This document shows, one piece after another, positions 18,351 through 27,023 of a stretch of 64,000 nucleotides of DNA (position 1 is the stretch's first letter; the number at the start of each line of letters is the position of its first letter). Under the pieces are notes generated by a model. The model saw only the letters and a program-made list of their open reading frames with translations, did not search any database and was not told where the DNA came from. This DNA is from a virus, in the IMG/VR virus record IMGVR_UViG_3300046170_000446, positions 41,118 to 105,117 of that record; one strand, 5' to 3'. Made by a program: the position numbers and the translations under genes.

Positions 18351-20975
18351 CTATTTTTTCCACCAAGCCTTCTCTCCCTCTATCTCTTCCAAGGGCAGAG
18401 CCTCGTAAACATCATCAGGTAAGCTGTCGATACCTTGTAAAGAAAACCACTCACCCTTAAGGCGATGAGAGCCTAGTTTAATGTGCAAATCAGACTCCCT
18501 CCAACCCCAACCCTCGTAAGAAGCGATCAGCTTAATCTCTTCACTGTTACCTGTTTGAAGCTGGGCTACCCTCGCTTTAGGGTCTTTAGCTCTACCTATC
18601 TTCAAGTGTCCGTTACCTGATGATTGCATAATGTAAAGGTAATCCCCATTACGCTCTTTCTGAGAGCTCTGAGCCTCAGCCCATAAGAGGCGAGATTTAA
18701 TGCGAGCACTTAAGTGTGTATTCCTGTGTTCATCTTGAGAGTTAAGCACAGCCTTTTGGATCGCCCCCTCATTAGAGAGTAAGATTACTTTCTTCTTAGC
18801 TCTCGTCACCGCTGTATACAGAAGATTTCTCTGTAACTGGTTATGGAAAGCACTAATCATAGGGATTACAACAACATCGTATTCCTGACCTTGGCTCTTA
18901 TGGATTGTCATCGCATACGCAAGGCGCAAGAGGCTCGACGCTTCTGAAAACTTAATCCGCACATACCGAGCAGGGGTATCGTGGAGCTTAATCTCTATCT
19001 CAGAGCTTTTCGTGTCGATCTGATTAACCTTACCCACATCGCCATTGTAAACACCGAGCTTGTAGTTATTCTTGACCACCATCACACGGTCTTGCTCTCG
19101 GAGCGTATCGTTACCAATGCGCCACTCTCTGAGCCCTGCATTTGCAGGATTAATGCGCTCTCTAATCGAGCTATTCAAACTCGTCACTCCTGCGTCTCCT
19201 TTATGTCTAGGAGAGAGCACTTGGAAGTTGACGCGATCTCGGTAGAGCTTCGTAGCAATCTCGACAATCTTCCCTTGAGCATCCTTACCTGTATGGCACT
19301 CGTCTAATATGAAGTCAGAGTAGTTTGAGTAGTCAGGCATCAATCCTTTATGGATAGCGTGAGACGCATACACAATATCTGAGGTGTTCTCTTGCCTGAA
19401 AATCTCCTCTAAAGACACAACAGGGAACACTCCACAAGAAATAACCTCCTTGAGCACATTACCCGCCCCTACTGAAGGAAGCTGATTAACGTCGCCCACG
19501 AATACGAGCCTACACCCAGGCTTGGTGCTGTGTGTGATCCGATACAGCAAGTGTTGATCAAGCATCGAAGACTCATCAATCACTACCACATCAGCAGGAT
19601 GAGGATCTGTAGGCGTATAGCCCCACTCCTCTTTAGACCCGTCTGTGTTTAAGCCTCCATCGGTATCGCCTGTAATCCCTGCGTAAGAGCTTTCGCGCTC
19701 TCCCCCTGTATTAAGATTTTTGGCGCTAAAAGCTCTGTGTACTGTAGAGGCTGAGCAACCGCACACACTCGCGACCCTCTTAGCCGCAATCCCTGTAGGC
19801 GCTATGAGGAGCACTTGCTGACCCGCATCTCTCAATAAGCTCACAAGCATCTTTAAGGATGTAGTCTTACCTGTGCCAGGTAACCCTGTGATTACGGACA
19901 CTGGAGCTAACACAGCGTTTCTTACGCCTTCGAGTTGCTTATCTGTTAATGTTAAGGAAGCCTTGTAGCGGTCTAAATACATATCAAGAGCTAACTCAAG
20001 GTCGCCCCAAACCTCTTGGTTTTGGGGGTTGAGGCTTCTCGCAATCTCTAATCTTGACGTGTCGCTGAGCTTTGCGTCTGTTAATCTCCTCACCAGCGTC
20101 TGAGAGGCAGAGTTTTCGATCTTGTAGTTCCACAGATCGTAAATACTCACTTGACTGCCGATACGGTCTATGACGAGGCGCTTTTCTTTATGAAGCTCTT
20201 TAAGCAAAGCACCAATCTCTCCATCTGTGACGCTCGACCCGCAGAAACTACGTACTTGTTGAGCGAGGTACGCGCTACCAATGTAAAGATGTCCGAAGCC
20301 TCCCCCCTCACGCACAACATAATGGATTGAACCTCTTATCCTGTTAGGATTGCCGTTTAGTTTGACACCGTATTTCTGAGCTATGGTGTCACACTGTTCA
20401 AACTTGACCCCGCGCACCTTAAGCAAAGACCAAGGGTTAGCTTTAATCTTACTAGCGCAATCATCTCCAAAAGTGCGCCAAATAGTCCTAATCTTTTCAG
20501 AAGAGAGCCCTAAGCCGTTGAGGAAGTCGAGCGTTTGAAAGAAGTTTTTAACAAACAGCCACTTTACATTAACGTGTTGCGCTGACACCTCAGTGAGCCC
20601 ACACTGAGTCTGCAAGAAATCAACATCGCCTAACGACTTTAGGAAGTCTTCATCAGAGAGTGTCTTACGTAACTGTGCGAGAGTCCAAGCACCTACGCCA
20701 TACGAGACGAGCGCCTTTTCAGCGGTGTCTGCTGTCCACTCGCCCTTTACGCAAGGCGCGTTTTTGATGGTAAACTGCCGACCCCACTTAGGGTCTGTTT
20801 TCCAAAAGCCCTCAAAGCCAAACCATGTGCCGACTTGAACGTCAATACCTGGAACATTCCCTTTAACATCGACAAGTTGCCCTGTGTTGTCGAGCTTCAT
20901 TTTTAGGATATAAAAGTTTTGAGCGGGATTTTTAAACTTTACCGAGTGGACAGTACCACTTTCATATGCCTTCAT
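18351..20975 (-). CDS. recD2: RecD2-like SF1B helicase fused to a C-terminal T5orf172/GIY-YIG domain
   Basis: N-terminal OB and HhH regions, GLPGTGKTT, APTGIAAKR, DESSM, GDVNQLPSVGAG, IFRQ, YAMTIHKSQGQEY, LLYTAVTRAK; then YLYIMQ..KIGRAKDP..R..QLQTGN...GEWF. Confidence 0.9.
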   Translation of the reverse strand: MKAYESGTVHSVKFKNPAQNFYILKMKLDNTGQLVDVKGNVPGIDVQVGTWFGFEGFWKTDPKWGRQFTIKNAPCVKGEWTADTAEKALVSYGVGAWTLAQLRKTLSDEDFLKSLGDVDFLQTQCGLTEVSAQHVNVKWLFVKNFFQTLDFLNGLGLSSEKIRTIWRTFGDDCASKIKANPWSLLKVRGVKFEQCDTIAQKYGVKLNGNPNRIRGSIHYVVREGGGFGHLYIGSAYLAQQVRSFCGSSVTDGEIGALLKELHKEKRLVIDRIGSQVSIYDLWNYKIENSASQTLVRRLTDAKLSDTSRLEIARSLNPQNQEVWGDLELALDMYLDRYKASLTLTDKQLEGVRNAVLAPVSVITGLPGTGKTTSLKMLVSLLRDAGQQVLLIAPTGIAAKRVASVCGCSASTVHRAFSAKNLNTGGERESSYAGITGDTDGGLNTDGSKEEWGYTPTDPHPADVVVIDESSMLDQHLLYRITHSTKPGCRLVFVGDVNQLPSVGAGNVLKEVISCGVFPVVSLEEIFRQENTSDIVYASHAIHKGLMPDYSNYSDFILDECHTGKDAQGKIVEIATKLYRDRVNFQVLSPRHKGDAGVTSLNSSIRERINPANAGLREWRIGNDTLREQDRVMVVKNNYKLGVYNGDVGKVNQIDTKSSEIEIKLHDTPARYVRIKFSEASSLLRLAYAMTIHKSQGQEYDVVVIPMISAFHNQLQRNLLYTAVTRAKKKVILLSNEGAIQKAVLNSQDEHRNTHLSARIKSRLLWAEAQSSQKERNGDYLYIMQSSGNGHLKIGRAKDPKARVAQLQTGNSEEIKLIASYEGWGWRESDLHIKLGSHRLKGEWFSLQGIDSLPDDVYEALPLEEIEGEKAWWKK

Positions 20976-21040
20976 TGTCTGTACTCCTGATTGAGTTATG
21001 AGTACAGACAATACCCTATTTATGGCTGAAAGTAGCCTCC

Positions 21041-22027
21041 TTATTTAGCCATACTCCAGTCAAACTCGCCCGTCATACCGCTTGCATTGTAATCAGTTAC
21101 CGTACCCTCAAAGAAATTCTTGAAGCTGTCCCCTGCGATTACCCAATCGAGCCAAGGAAGAGGGTTAGTCTTTTGTTTAAAGATAGGCTTAAGTCCTAGC
21201 TGTAATAATCTGCGGTCTGCCAAATATCGAACATACGTCTTAACATCAGAAATCGAAAGCTCGTTTACGGTTTCTTCTTCTCCGTAAATCAGCTCAACCA
21301 GCGCGTCCTCAAGCTCTACCGCCTTCTCAAAGTTACGGTAAACGTAAGCCTTAAGATTATCGTTAACCACATGAGGGTTCTCAAGGCAGTATTCGTGGAA
21401 GAGCTTAGTCATCCCCTCAACGTGCATCGACTCGTCGCGGATCGACCACTCCACTACCTCGCACATTCCCCTCATCTTACCAAATCTTTGGTAGTTAAGT
21501 AACATTACAAAAGCACTAAACAGGCTCATGCCTTCATTACAGACGGTGCGGGCAAGATGATAAGCAAGCTCTTCATCCCTGTTCTCAACCTGATCAGGCG
21601 GATTAAGCATAAAATCAATCTTATCCCTCATCTCATCAAAAGAAAGAAATTTAGTATACTCGCTCTCATGTAAGCCAAGCGTATCATTGAGGAGCGCATA
21701 AGCGCGTTGGTGCGTGCCTTCGCGATTAGCGAAGCTCAAGAGCATATTCCTGATCTCGTTGTTTTTGAACGCAGGGATAAACAGAGAGCAGTAGTTGCCC
21801 CCCACCGCTACGTCAGATTGAGTGAACACCCTTAAGATTTGAGTAATATAACTCTTCTCAGAGTCGCTAATCCTACCGCCTTTCCATTGAGACAAGTCTT
21901 CTTGTAATCGGACTTCCCATGTCCCCCAATGGATTTTCTCATGTTCCTCAGCGATCTGCATCGCCCACGGAGCAGAGAAAGGTTTATAGGTGGTACTGTA
22001 TTCGGTCAACCTTGGCATGAGAGGCAC
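21041..22027 (-). CDS. nrdB: Ribonucleotide reductase class Ia beta subunit
   Basis: FTQSD, REGTHQRAY, EGMSLFSAF, RDESMH and NFFEGTVTDY. Confidence 0.93.
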   Translation of the reverse strand: MPLMPRLTEYSTTYKPFSAPWAMQIAEEHEKIHWGTWEVRLQEDLSQWKGGRISDSEKSYITQILRVFTQSDVAVGGNYCSLFIPAFKNNEIRNMLLSFANREGTHQRAYALLNDTLGLHESEYTKFLSFDEMRDKIDFMLNPPDQVENRDEELAYHLARTVCNEGMSLFSAFVMLLNYQRFGKMRGMCEVVEWSIRDESMHVEGMTKLFHEYCLENPHVVNDNLKAYVYRNFEKAVELEDALVELIYGEEETVNELSISDVKTYVRYLADRRLLQLGLKPIFKQKTNPLPWLDWVIAGDSFKNFFEGTVTDYNASGMTGEFDWSMAK

Positions 22028-23718
22028 TCCTCAATCTTATAATCACTCAATTTCTTACGCTCAACCCTTTGGCTGACTTTATCCGCTGTCACTCCTGCGT
22101 CGGTGCGCAAATAGTAAAGAGCCTTAAGCCCTTTCTTATATGCGCTGAGGTGAACAGCGTTAACATAGTTTACGTCTACCCCCGCAGGGAAGAATAGGTT
22201 CACACTCTGACCTTGACAGATATACTCTTGTCTCGCAGAAGCGTGCTCAATGACCCACATTTGATCCAGCTCTGAAGCGGTCTTAAAGACCTCCTTCTCT
22301 TGATCAGTCAGACAATCGAGGTGTTGCACAGAGCCCTTATGGGCAATCACGCTCTTGATGATCCCATCCACATCTACGTCGCGAGCTTCCAAGAGTTTAA
22401 CGAGATATTTATTCGTATGAAGGAACGTCCCTGCCCTCGAACGATAAGTAAACGCATTAGAGCTGACGGGCTCAATGCTCGGTGAGGTGTCCAAGATGAT
22501 CGCTGAGTTTGCATTAGGGGCAACAGCTAACAAGTGGCTGTTCCTCATTCCTGTGCCGACACCATCCCGATACTCACCGCGCTCCTCAGCCAATCTACGA
22601 GAAGCCTTAACCGCTCTCTCCTTAATCAAAGAAAATACTTGATGATTAAGGCTCTGAGCAAACATACTCTCAAAAGCAATGCCTCTACGCTGTAAAAGAG
22701 CGTGGAAGCCCATAGCGCCTAACCCAAGACTGCGCTCGCGCTCGGCACTCTTAATAGCAAGCTCTAACGAAGCAGGAGCGTTCTCAATGAAATACTGAAG
22801 CACGTCGTCAAGAAACTCGATTAAGTCTTCCACGATGGTGGTGTTTTTCCACTCGTCATAATATTCGAGGTTCAGCGAGCTCAGACAACACACCGCAGAA
22901 CGGTCACCACTTGTAGGGAGCATAATCTCTGAGCAAAGATTAGAGCCTCTAATCTTAAGACCTCTCGCCTTCAACGCCCTTGGGAGTGCTCGATTGGCTG
23001 TGTCGATAAAACACAGATACGGCTCGCCTGTACGAAAGCGTATTTTTAAGATGCGCTCCCACAAAGCTCTAGCATCAAGAGTATCTCTGACTTCACCTGA
23101 GTGCGGGTCAATCAAATCCCAAGAGTCCCCTGCGAGCACCGCATCCATAAACTTGTCTGTAATGTTGATCGCGTTATGGATATTAAAACACTTACGGTTA
23201 GTGTCCCCGCCTGTAGGGACTCTAAGATTAAGAAACTCCATAATGTCAGGGTGGCTCACATCAAGGTAAGCCGCATAAGACCCCTTACGAGTCTTGCCTT
23301 GACGATAAGCCACCATGTCCGAGTCCACAGTTTTAATGAACGGGATAGGGCCAGGCGACTTATCCGACACAGCCCTAATGTCAGACCAGTGTCCTCCGAC
23401 TCCTCCGCCGAGAACACTCATCCACCTCAGCTCGTCAGAATGCGCAATGAGTCCCTCAACGCTGTCGCCCACATAAGTAAGAAAGCATGAGATAGGTAGA
23501 CCCCTGCCTCCTGCGTTAGAGAGGACAGGAGAGGAAAACATGAACCACCCTTTACGGACATATCCATAGAGCCGTTCCGCGAGGGCTTTGTTAGAGGTGT
23601 ATGCGTAAGAGGCTCGTTTGAAAGCCTCAAGGGGATCTATCTCCCCATTCTTCATGTAATATTCTCTCAGGAGGCTCTCTGCGTGATCCGAGAGCGCGAA
23701 ATCTTGGGTGTCCGTCAT
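22006..23718 (-). CDS. nrdA: Ribonucleotide reductase class Ia alpha subunit (no ATP cone)
   Basis: SSPVLSN, PISCF, GSNLCSEI, VCCLSS, APNANS, QGQSVN, LYYLR and C-terminal CLSCQG. Confidence 0.93.
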   Translation of the reverse strand: MTDTQDFALSDHAESLLREYYMKNGEIDPLEAFKRASYAYTSNKALAERLYGYVRKGWFMFSSPVLSNAGGRGLPISCFLTYVGDSVEGLIAHSDELRWMSVLGGGVGGHWSDIRAVSDKSPGPIPFIKTVDSDMVAYRQGKTRKGSYAAYLDVSHPDIMEFLNLRVPTGGDTNRKCFNIHNAINITDKFMDAVLAGDSWDLIDPHSGEVRDTLDARALWERILKIRFRTGEPYLCFIDTANRALPRALKARGLKIRGSNLCSEIMLPTSGDRSAVCCLSSLNLEYYDEWKNTTIVEDLIEFLDDVLQYFIENAPASLELAIKSAERERSLGLGAMGFHALLQRRGIAFESMFAQSLNHQVFSLIKERAVKASRRLAEERGEYRDGVGTGMRNSHLLAVAPNANSAIILDTSPSIEPVSSNAFTYRSRAGTFLHTNKYLVKLLEARDVDVDGIIKSVIAHKGSVQHLDCLTDQEKEVFKTASELDQMWVIEHASARQEYICQGQSVNLFFPAGVDVNYVNAVHLSAYKKGLKALYYLRTDAGVTADKVSQRVERKKLSDYKIEECLSCQG

Positions 23719-23897
23719 TCCTTAGTCTCCAATTTTAGATACGTTTAACTGCTCGACCGCCCACCCCTCGACCTGCTCATAAGATTAGAGGGAGAGGTTG
23801 AGCCCAAGTCGGTGCCGTAATACGGACTATAAGATGAAAAAAGGAAAATATGCGACAGCTTTCTTGAGTTGCTGAGGATATCTTTCTCTATTTCTTC

Positions 23898-24863
23898 TTA
23901 AGTATCAAAGACTTCTAAGATACCTCCGAGCAAGACAAAAAATGGTGAGCGCACACTTCTCATCGTAGCCTCTTGGGTACGAGACAAAACGCACACCAAT
24001 CTTAAGCAACCCTCGCGCCCCCACGCACGCGCAGGTGCGCACAGGGAGTTCTTCAGATAATACTCGTTAATACCAGTGTCTGAAGCGATCTGCTTGGTTG
24101 TGAGCCCGCGCTCTAAAAGGTCTGCCACCTGTAACCACTTTAAAAGAGTAGGCTGTAGGTACTGAGAGATCAGTGTGTAAGTATCTGCCTTATTCGTCTT
24201 GAGGTACTTCTCTACAGCCCTCAAGAGCACTTTCTTGTTCTTCGTGGCGAGCGCCTCACAGATGATGTTGCCCGATACCTCTGCGAGCGGAGCGATCACT
24301 TGCTTCAAGTCCTCAGCAGTGACCTCTTGATCTTTTGAGATCATCGCGACTTTTCTCAACTCAAAGTTGAGTATACCCAAGTCTGTACCCACCGCTTTAA
24401 CGAGCGCCTTGACTAGCTTTGAGCTGATCTTGATATTAAGAGACTTAGCGATATTAGTAGCCACCTTAACCGCGTGCTCTTCAGCCTTGTACCACTCAGG
24501 AGACTTAAACTCTCGTTTGTAATCTGAAGCCAGCTTACTCACCACCTCCGTAAACAAGCCTGTTGCTTTCCTCAGTTTACCTTCCTGCTCTAGCAAGACC
24601 ATAACATTAGGGTTCGCGTGCCGACCTATCTGATCCCTAATCATAGTCGGGTCTACCTTATCAGGCTTCTTTACCCATAAGAGCGTCTTCTCGGTAAAGA
24701 AAATACCGCCCATTAAAGTGGTTCGGATTGACTCATCAGAAGTCACACCGCCGACACAAGACTCGACGCGCCACCCTTCAGCTTCCTTCTCTTTCAGAAA
24801 GCCTCTAACAAACGCGTTCCTCAGCCACGTATCTCCACCCTCTACAAAGTAAACGAGACTCAT
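23898..24863 (-). CDS. holA: DNA polymerase III delta-like clamp-loader subunit
   Basis: VYFVEGGD..LR, GGIFFTEKTL and LVKAVGTDLGILNFELRK matching the delta lid motif. Confidence 0.7.
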   Translation of the reverse strand: MSLVYFVEGGDTWLRNAFVRGFLKEKEAEGWRVESCVGGVTSDESIRTTLMGGIFFTEKTLLWVKKPDKVDPTMIRDQIGRHANPNVMVLLEQEGKLRKATGLFTEVVSKLASDYKREFKSPEWYKAEEHAVKVATNIAKSLNIKISSKLVKALVKAVGTDLGILNFELRKVAMISKDQEVTAEDLKQVIAPLAEVSGNIICEALATKNKKVLLRAVEKYLKTNKADTYTLISQYLQPTLLKWLQVADLLERGLTTKQIASDTGINEYYLKNSLCAPARAWGREGCLRLVCVLSRTQEATMRSVRSPFFVLLGGILEVFDT

Positions 24864-25477
24864 TTGACCATACTCCCGAAAAGCCCTTCAATAACTTGAC
24901 TTGGCGTGAGCGCCCTCATCGACAAAAGCTCTCTTAATCTTAACCAGCCCTCTATCACATGATCAGAAGCCCCTAAACCTATAGAATTAGAGTACCCTGC
25001 GAGGCAAGACTCTACCACCTCTCGCTCCATGCCCTTATTATCCCTCAAGACCTCTATAAAGAAACTGAGGTCTTGATCAGCCCACCTCTGATAGAGCAAA
25101 CTAATATCAAAAGGGTGGCTCTCCTCCCCGTCTCCGTTAGGACACCATACGGCTCGACAGCGTGACTTAATCGTAGGAGAAACACCTCCAAGATCATCTG
25201 CCCACAAGAATATGCCGACCTTCTCAAAAGGCTCTTCGATGACCTTGAGAAGCGCATCTGAAGATAAAGGACTCGCGATGTCTAATCTGCCGATGATTAT
25301 CGAACTAGGGTTTACAGCGCCTTTACGGTTAAGCTGTACGACTTCGCGAGCCTCATCTTTCTTGAGCCCGCGACCCTCCATACCGAAAGGCTTTCTTAGT
25401 AAACGACCAAAGAGCATGGCTTCCTGGGTACAGGTAGCTTCCGCAGTAGGCCCATGATAAAGTGCTGGTGTGAGCAT
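24860..25477 (-). CDS. holB: DNA polymerase III delta-prime-like clamp-loader subunit
   Basis: ALYHGP, DALLKVIEEP and PTIKSRC (SRC motif). Confidence 0.75.
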   Translation of the reverse strand: MLTPALYHGPTAEATCTQEAMLFGRLLRKPFGMEGRGLKKDEAREVVQLNRKGAVNPSSIIIGRLDIASPLSSDALLKVIEEPFEKVGIFLWADDLGGVSPTIKSRCRAVWCPNGDGEESHPFDISLLYQRWADQDLSFFIEVLRDNKGMEREVVESCLAGYSNSIGLGASDHVIEGWLRLRELLSMRALTPSQVIEGLFGSMVK

Positions 25478-25526
25478 GGTTATACCTCCTGCTTCACATA
25501 CACTATAAACACACATAGGTGGCAAG

Positions 25527-25685
25527 ATGAATGAAGACTACACCCTCGAAGAGTTATACGAGATTAACCGAGAAGCGATTAAAAAAGAGCTCCCTGAGCT
25601 CGATGAAGAAACTCTCCATGACGAAGCCTGTGATGCGGCGCTGACGCAACACCTTTATCAAGAGCTGGCTAAAAAAGACTCATAA
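25527..25685 (+). CDS. Small acidic hypothetical protein (52 aa, absent from the track)
   Basis: MNEDYTLEELYEINREAIKKELPELDEE...; AGGTGG upstream. Confidence 0.5.
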   Translation: MNEDYTLEELYEINREAIKKELPELDEETLHDEACDAALTQHLYQELAKKDS

Positions 25686-26008
25686 CTCTGTTGAAGCCGA
25701 GCCTCGACAATCCCTATCGCGTCCTGATCCTGTTTGGCGCTCCAATAGTCCCTACAGCTCTCTAAACTGCTCTCAGTACCCTCAACACTCAAAGACTCCA
25801 AAACAGGCACATAGATGCCTTCCCATTCGTCATATCGGAAGGTGAGCACCTTTGAGGTTAAAGAGTCTGTGACGTACACGTTTCTTGACGTGTTACCCAC
25901 CATGCTCCTAGGAAAGCCTACATGGGTTGTGCCTCTTAAAACTCCTAAGACCGCTAACGCGATGTCTTGGTTGATGGGTGTAAGCCCTCTCTTCAGTCCT
26001 GTAAGCAT
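25658..26008 (-). CDS. Hypothetical protein
   Basis: AAGGAGG SD before MLTGLKRG; the track's start lies inside the repeats. Confidence 0.55.
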   Translation of the reverse strand: MLTGLKRGLTPINQDIALAVLGVLRGTTHVGFPRSMVGNTSRNVYVTDSLTSKVLTFRYDEWEGIYVPVLESLSVEGTESSLESCRDYWSAKQDQDAIGIVEARLQQSYESFLASS

Positions 26009-26059
26009 CTGATCTGCCTCCTTATTTCCAACTAAGCTCACTAGCAGGTTGCTTAGAGG

Positions 26060-26244
26060 CAAATTAATTTGGGCTTCAGGCAAAATGTTTTCAAATTAAT
26101 TTGGGCTTCAGGCAAAATGTTTTCAAATTAATTTGGGCTTCAGGCAAAATGTTTTCAAATTAATTTAACCTTAAATCGAGCCTAGAAGCGGTTTAACCTC
26201 CAAATTAATTTGGGCTTCGGGCAAAATGTTTTCAAATTAATTTG
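26060..26244. repeat. 32-bp direct repeats with a palindromic core CAAATTAATTTG (iteron-like; candidate origin)
   Basis: CAAATTAATTTGGGCTTCAGGCAAAATGTTTT occurs three times in tandem (26060, 26092, 26124). There is a partial copy at 26156, a variant at 26201 and a core-only copy at 26233. Confidence 0.9.
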
Positions 26245-26446
26245 CTCGCAAATTGTTTTCAGCGGGGCAAATCTTTTTGTCTCTCATCAAAATCTTTTCA
26301 AGTCGCTAGAAGAGGTTTTCCAGCCTCTCGCCCCTGTAAGCTGTTGATTTCTTTGAGTTATTTTGTTTAGTATCTTTTAGAGAGTGTTTCTAATCTTTTC
26401 TAGATTAAAAAATCTACTTATCTAAAGATAAAGTACCCCTAAAATA

Positions 26447-26575
26447 ATGAAAGATGATCATTACTACTATGATGATTATTAGTATGAGTATGACTACTAC
26501 TAGGACTAGTATCAGTAGGATGAGTATGAGGAGTAAGAGTAGGATTATTATGAGCGACGTTATTATTATTCACAT
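26447..26575. repeat. AT-rich triplet-periodic low-complexity tract
   Basis: ATG/ATT/ACT/AGT/AGG triplets with A at nearly every third base. Confidence 0.7.
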
Positions 26576-26641
26576 GGACTTCCCCACTCTACCCTATAAG
26601 TCTACTTAGATAATTTACTTCTACCTACTTAGAGATTTAAC

Positions 26642-27020
26642 GGCTCTCTCTCAGTAGAAGCACCCGACTATCTAGTAGAGGGTGGTGAGGTTGTGGAGCC
26701 TCCTTTAAACCTCTGTGATAAGAATAAGGTCTTATCCGCTAGAGGAACAGAGAGGGTCGCTGTTGGTAGACCCTATTTAGCCTACCTACCTTCTCTGCAA
26801 GGTTCTCCGAGTCCCTTCTCCAAGAGGAGTTAGGGCAACCCATGACTAGGATTTGTAAAGATCGCTAGAGGTGGCTCCCGCACGTTTCCACGACATCTCT
26901 ATCTCGGTTTTCAATCAAGTCTTGAGTGTGGGCGCTCAAGCCTCTCAACCGACACACCTCCAAACGGAGGGTCTAGCAAGGTTCTTATGTAGCCCCAAAC
27001 TGAACCCTCCGTCAAGAGCC
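26642..27020 (-). ncRNA. Candidate structured RNA or origin leader
   Basis: Non-coding, with several nested inverted repeats, and a TTGACG-18-TACATA promoter at 27015-26986 pointing toward the iterons. Confidence 0.35.
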
Positions 27021-27023
27021 TTT

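Noticed and set aside
26060-26244. CRISPR array
   Set aside because: Repeats are directly tandem with no unique spacers (only one interruption), and there are no cas genes in the window.
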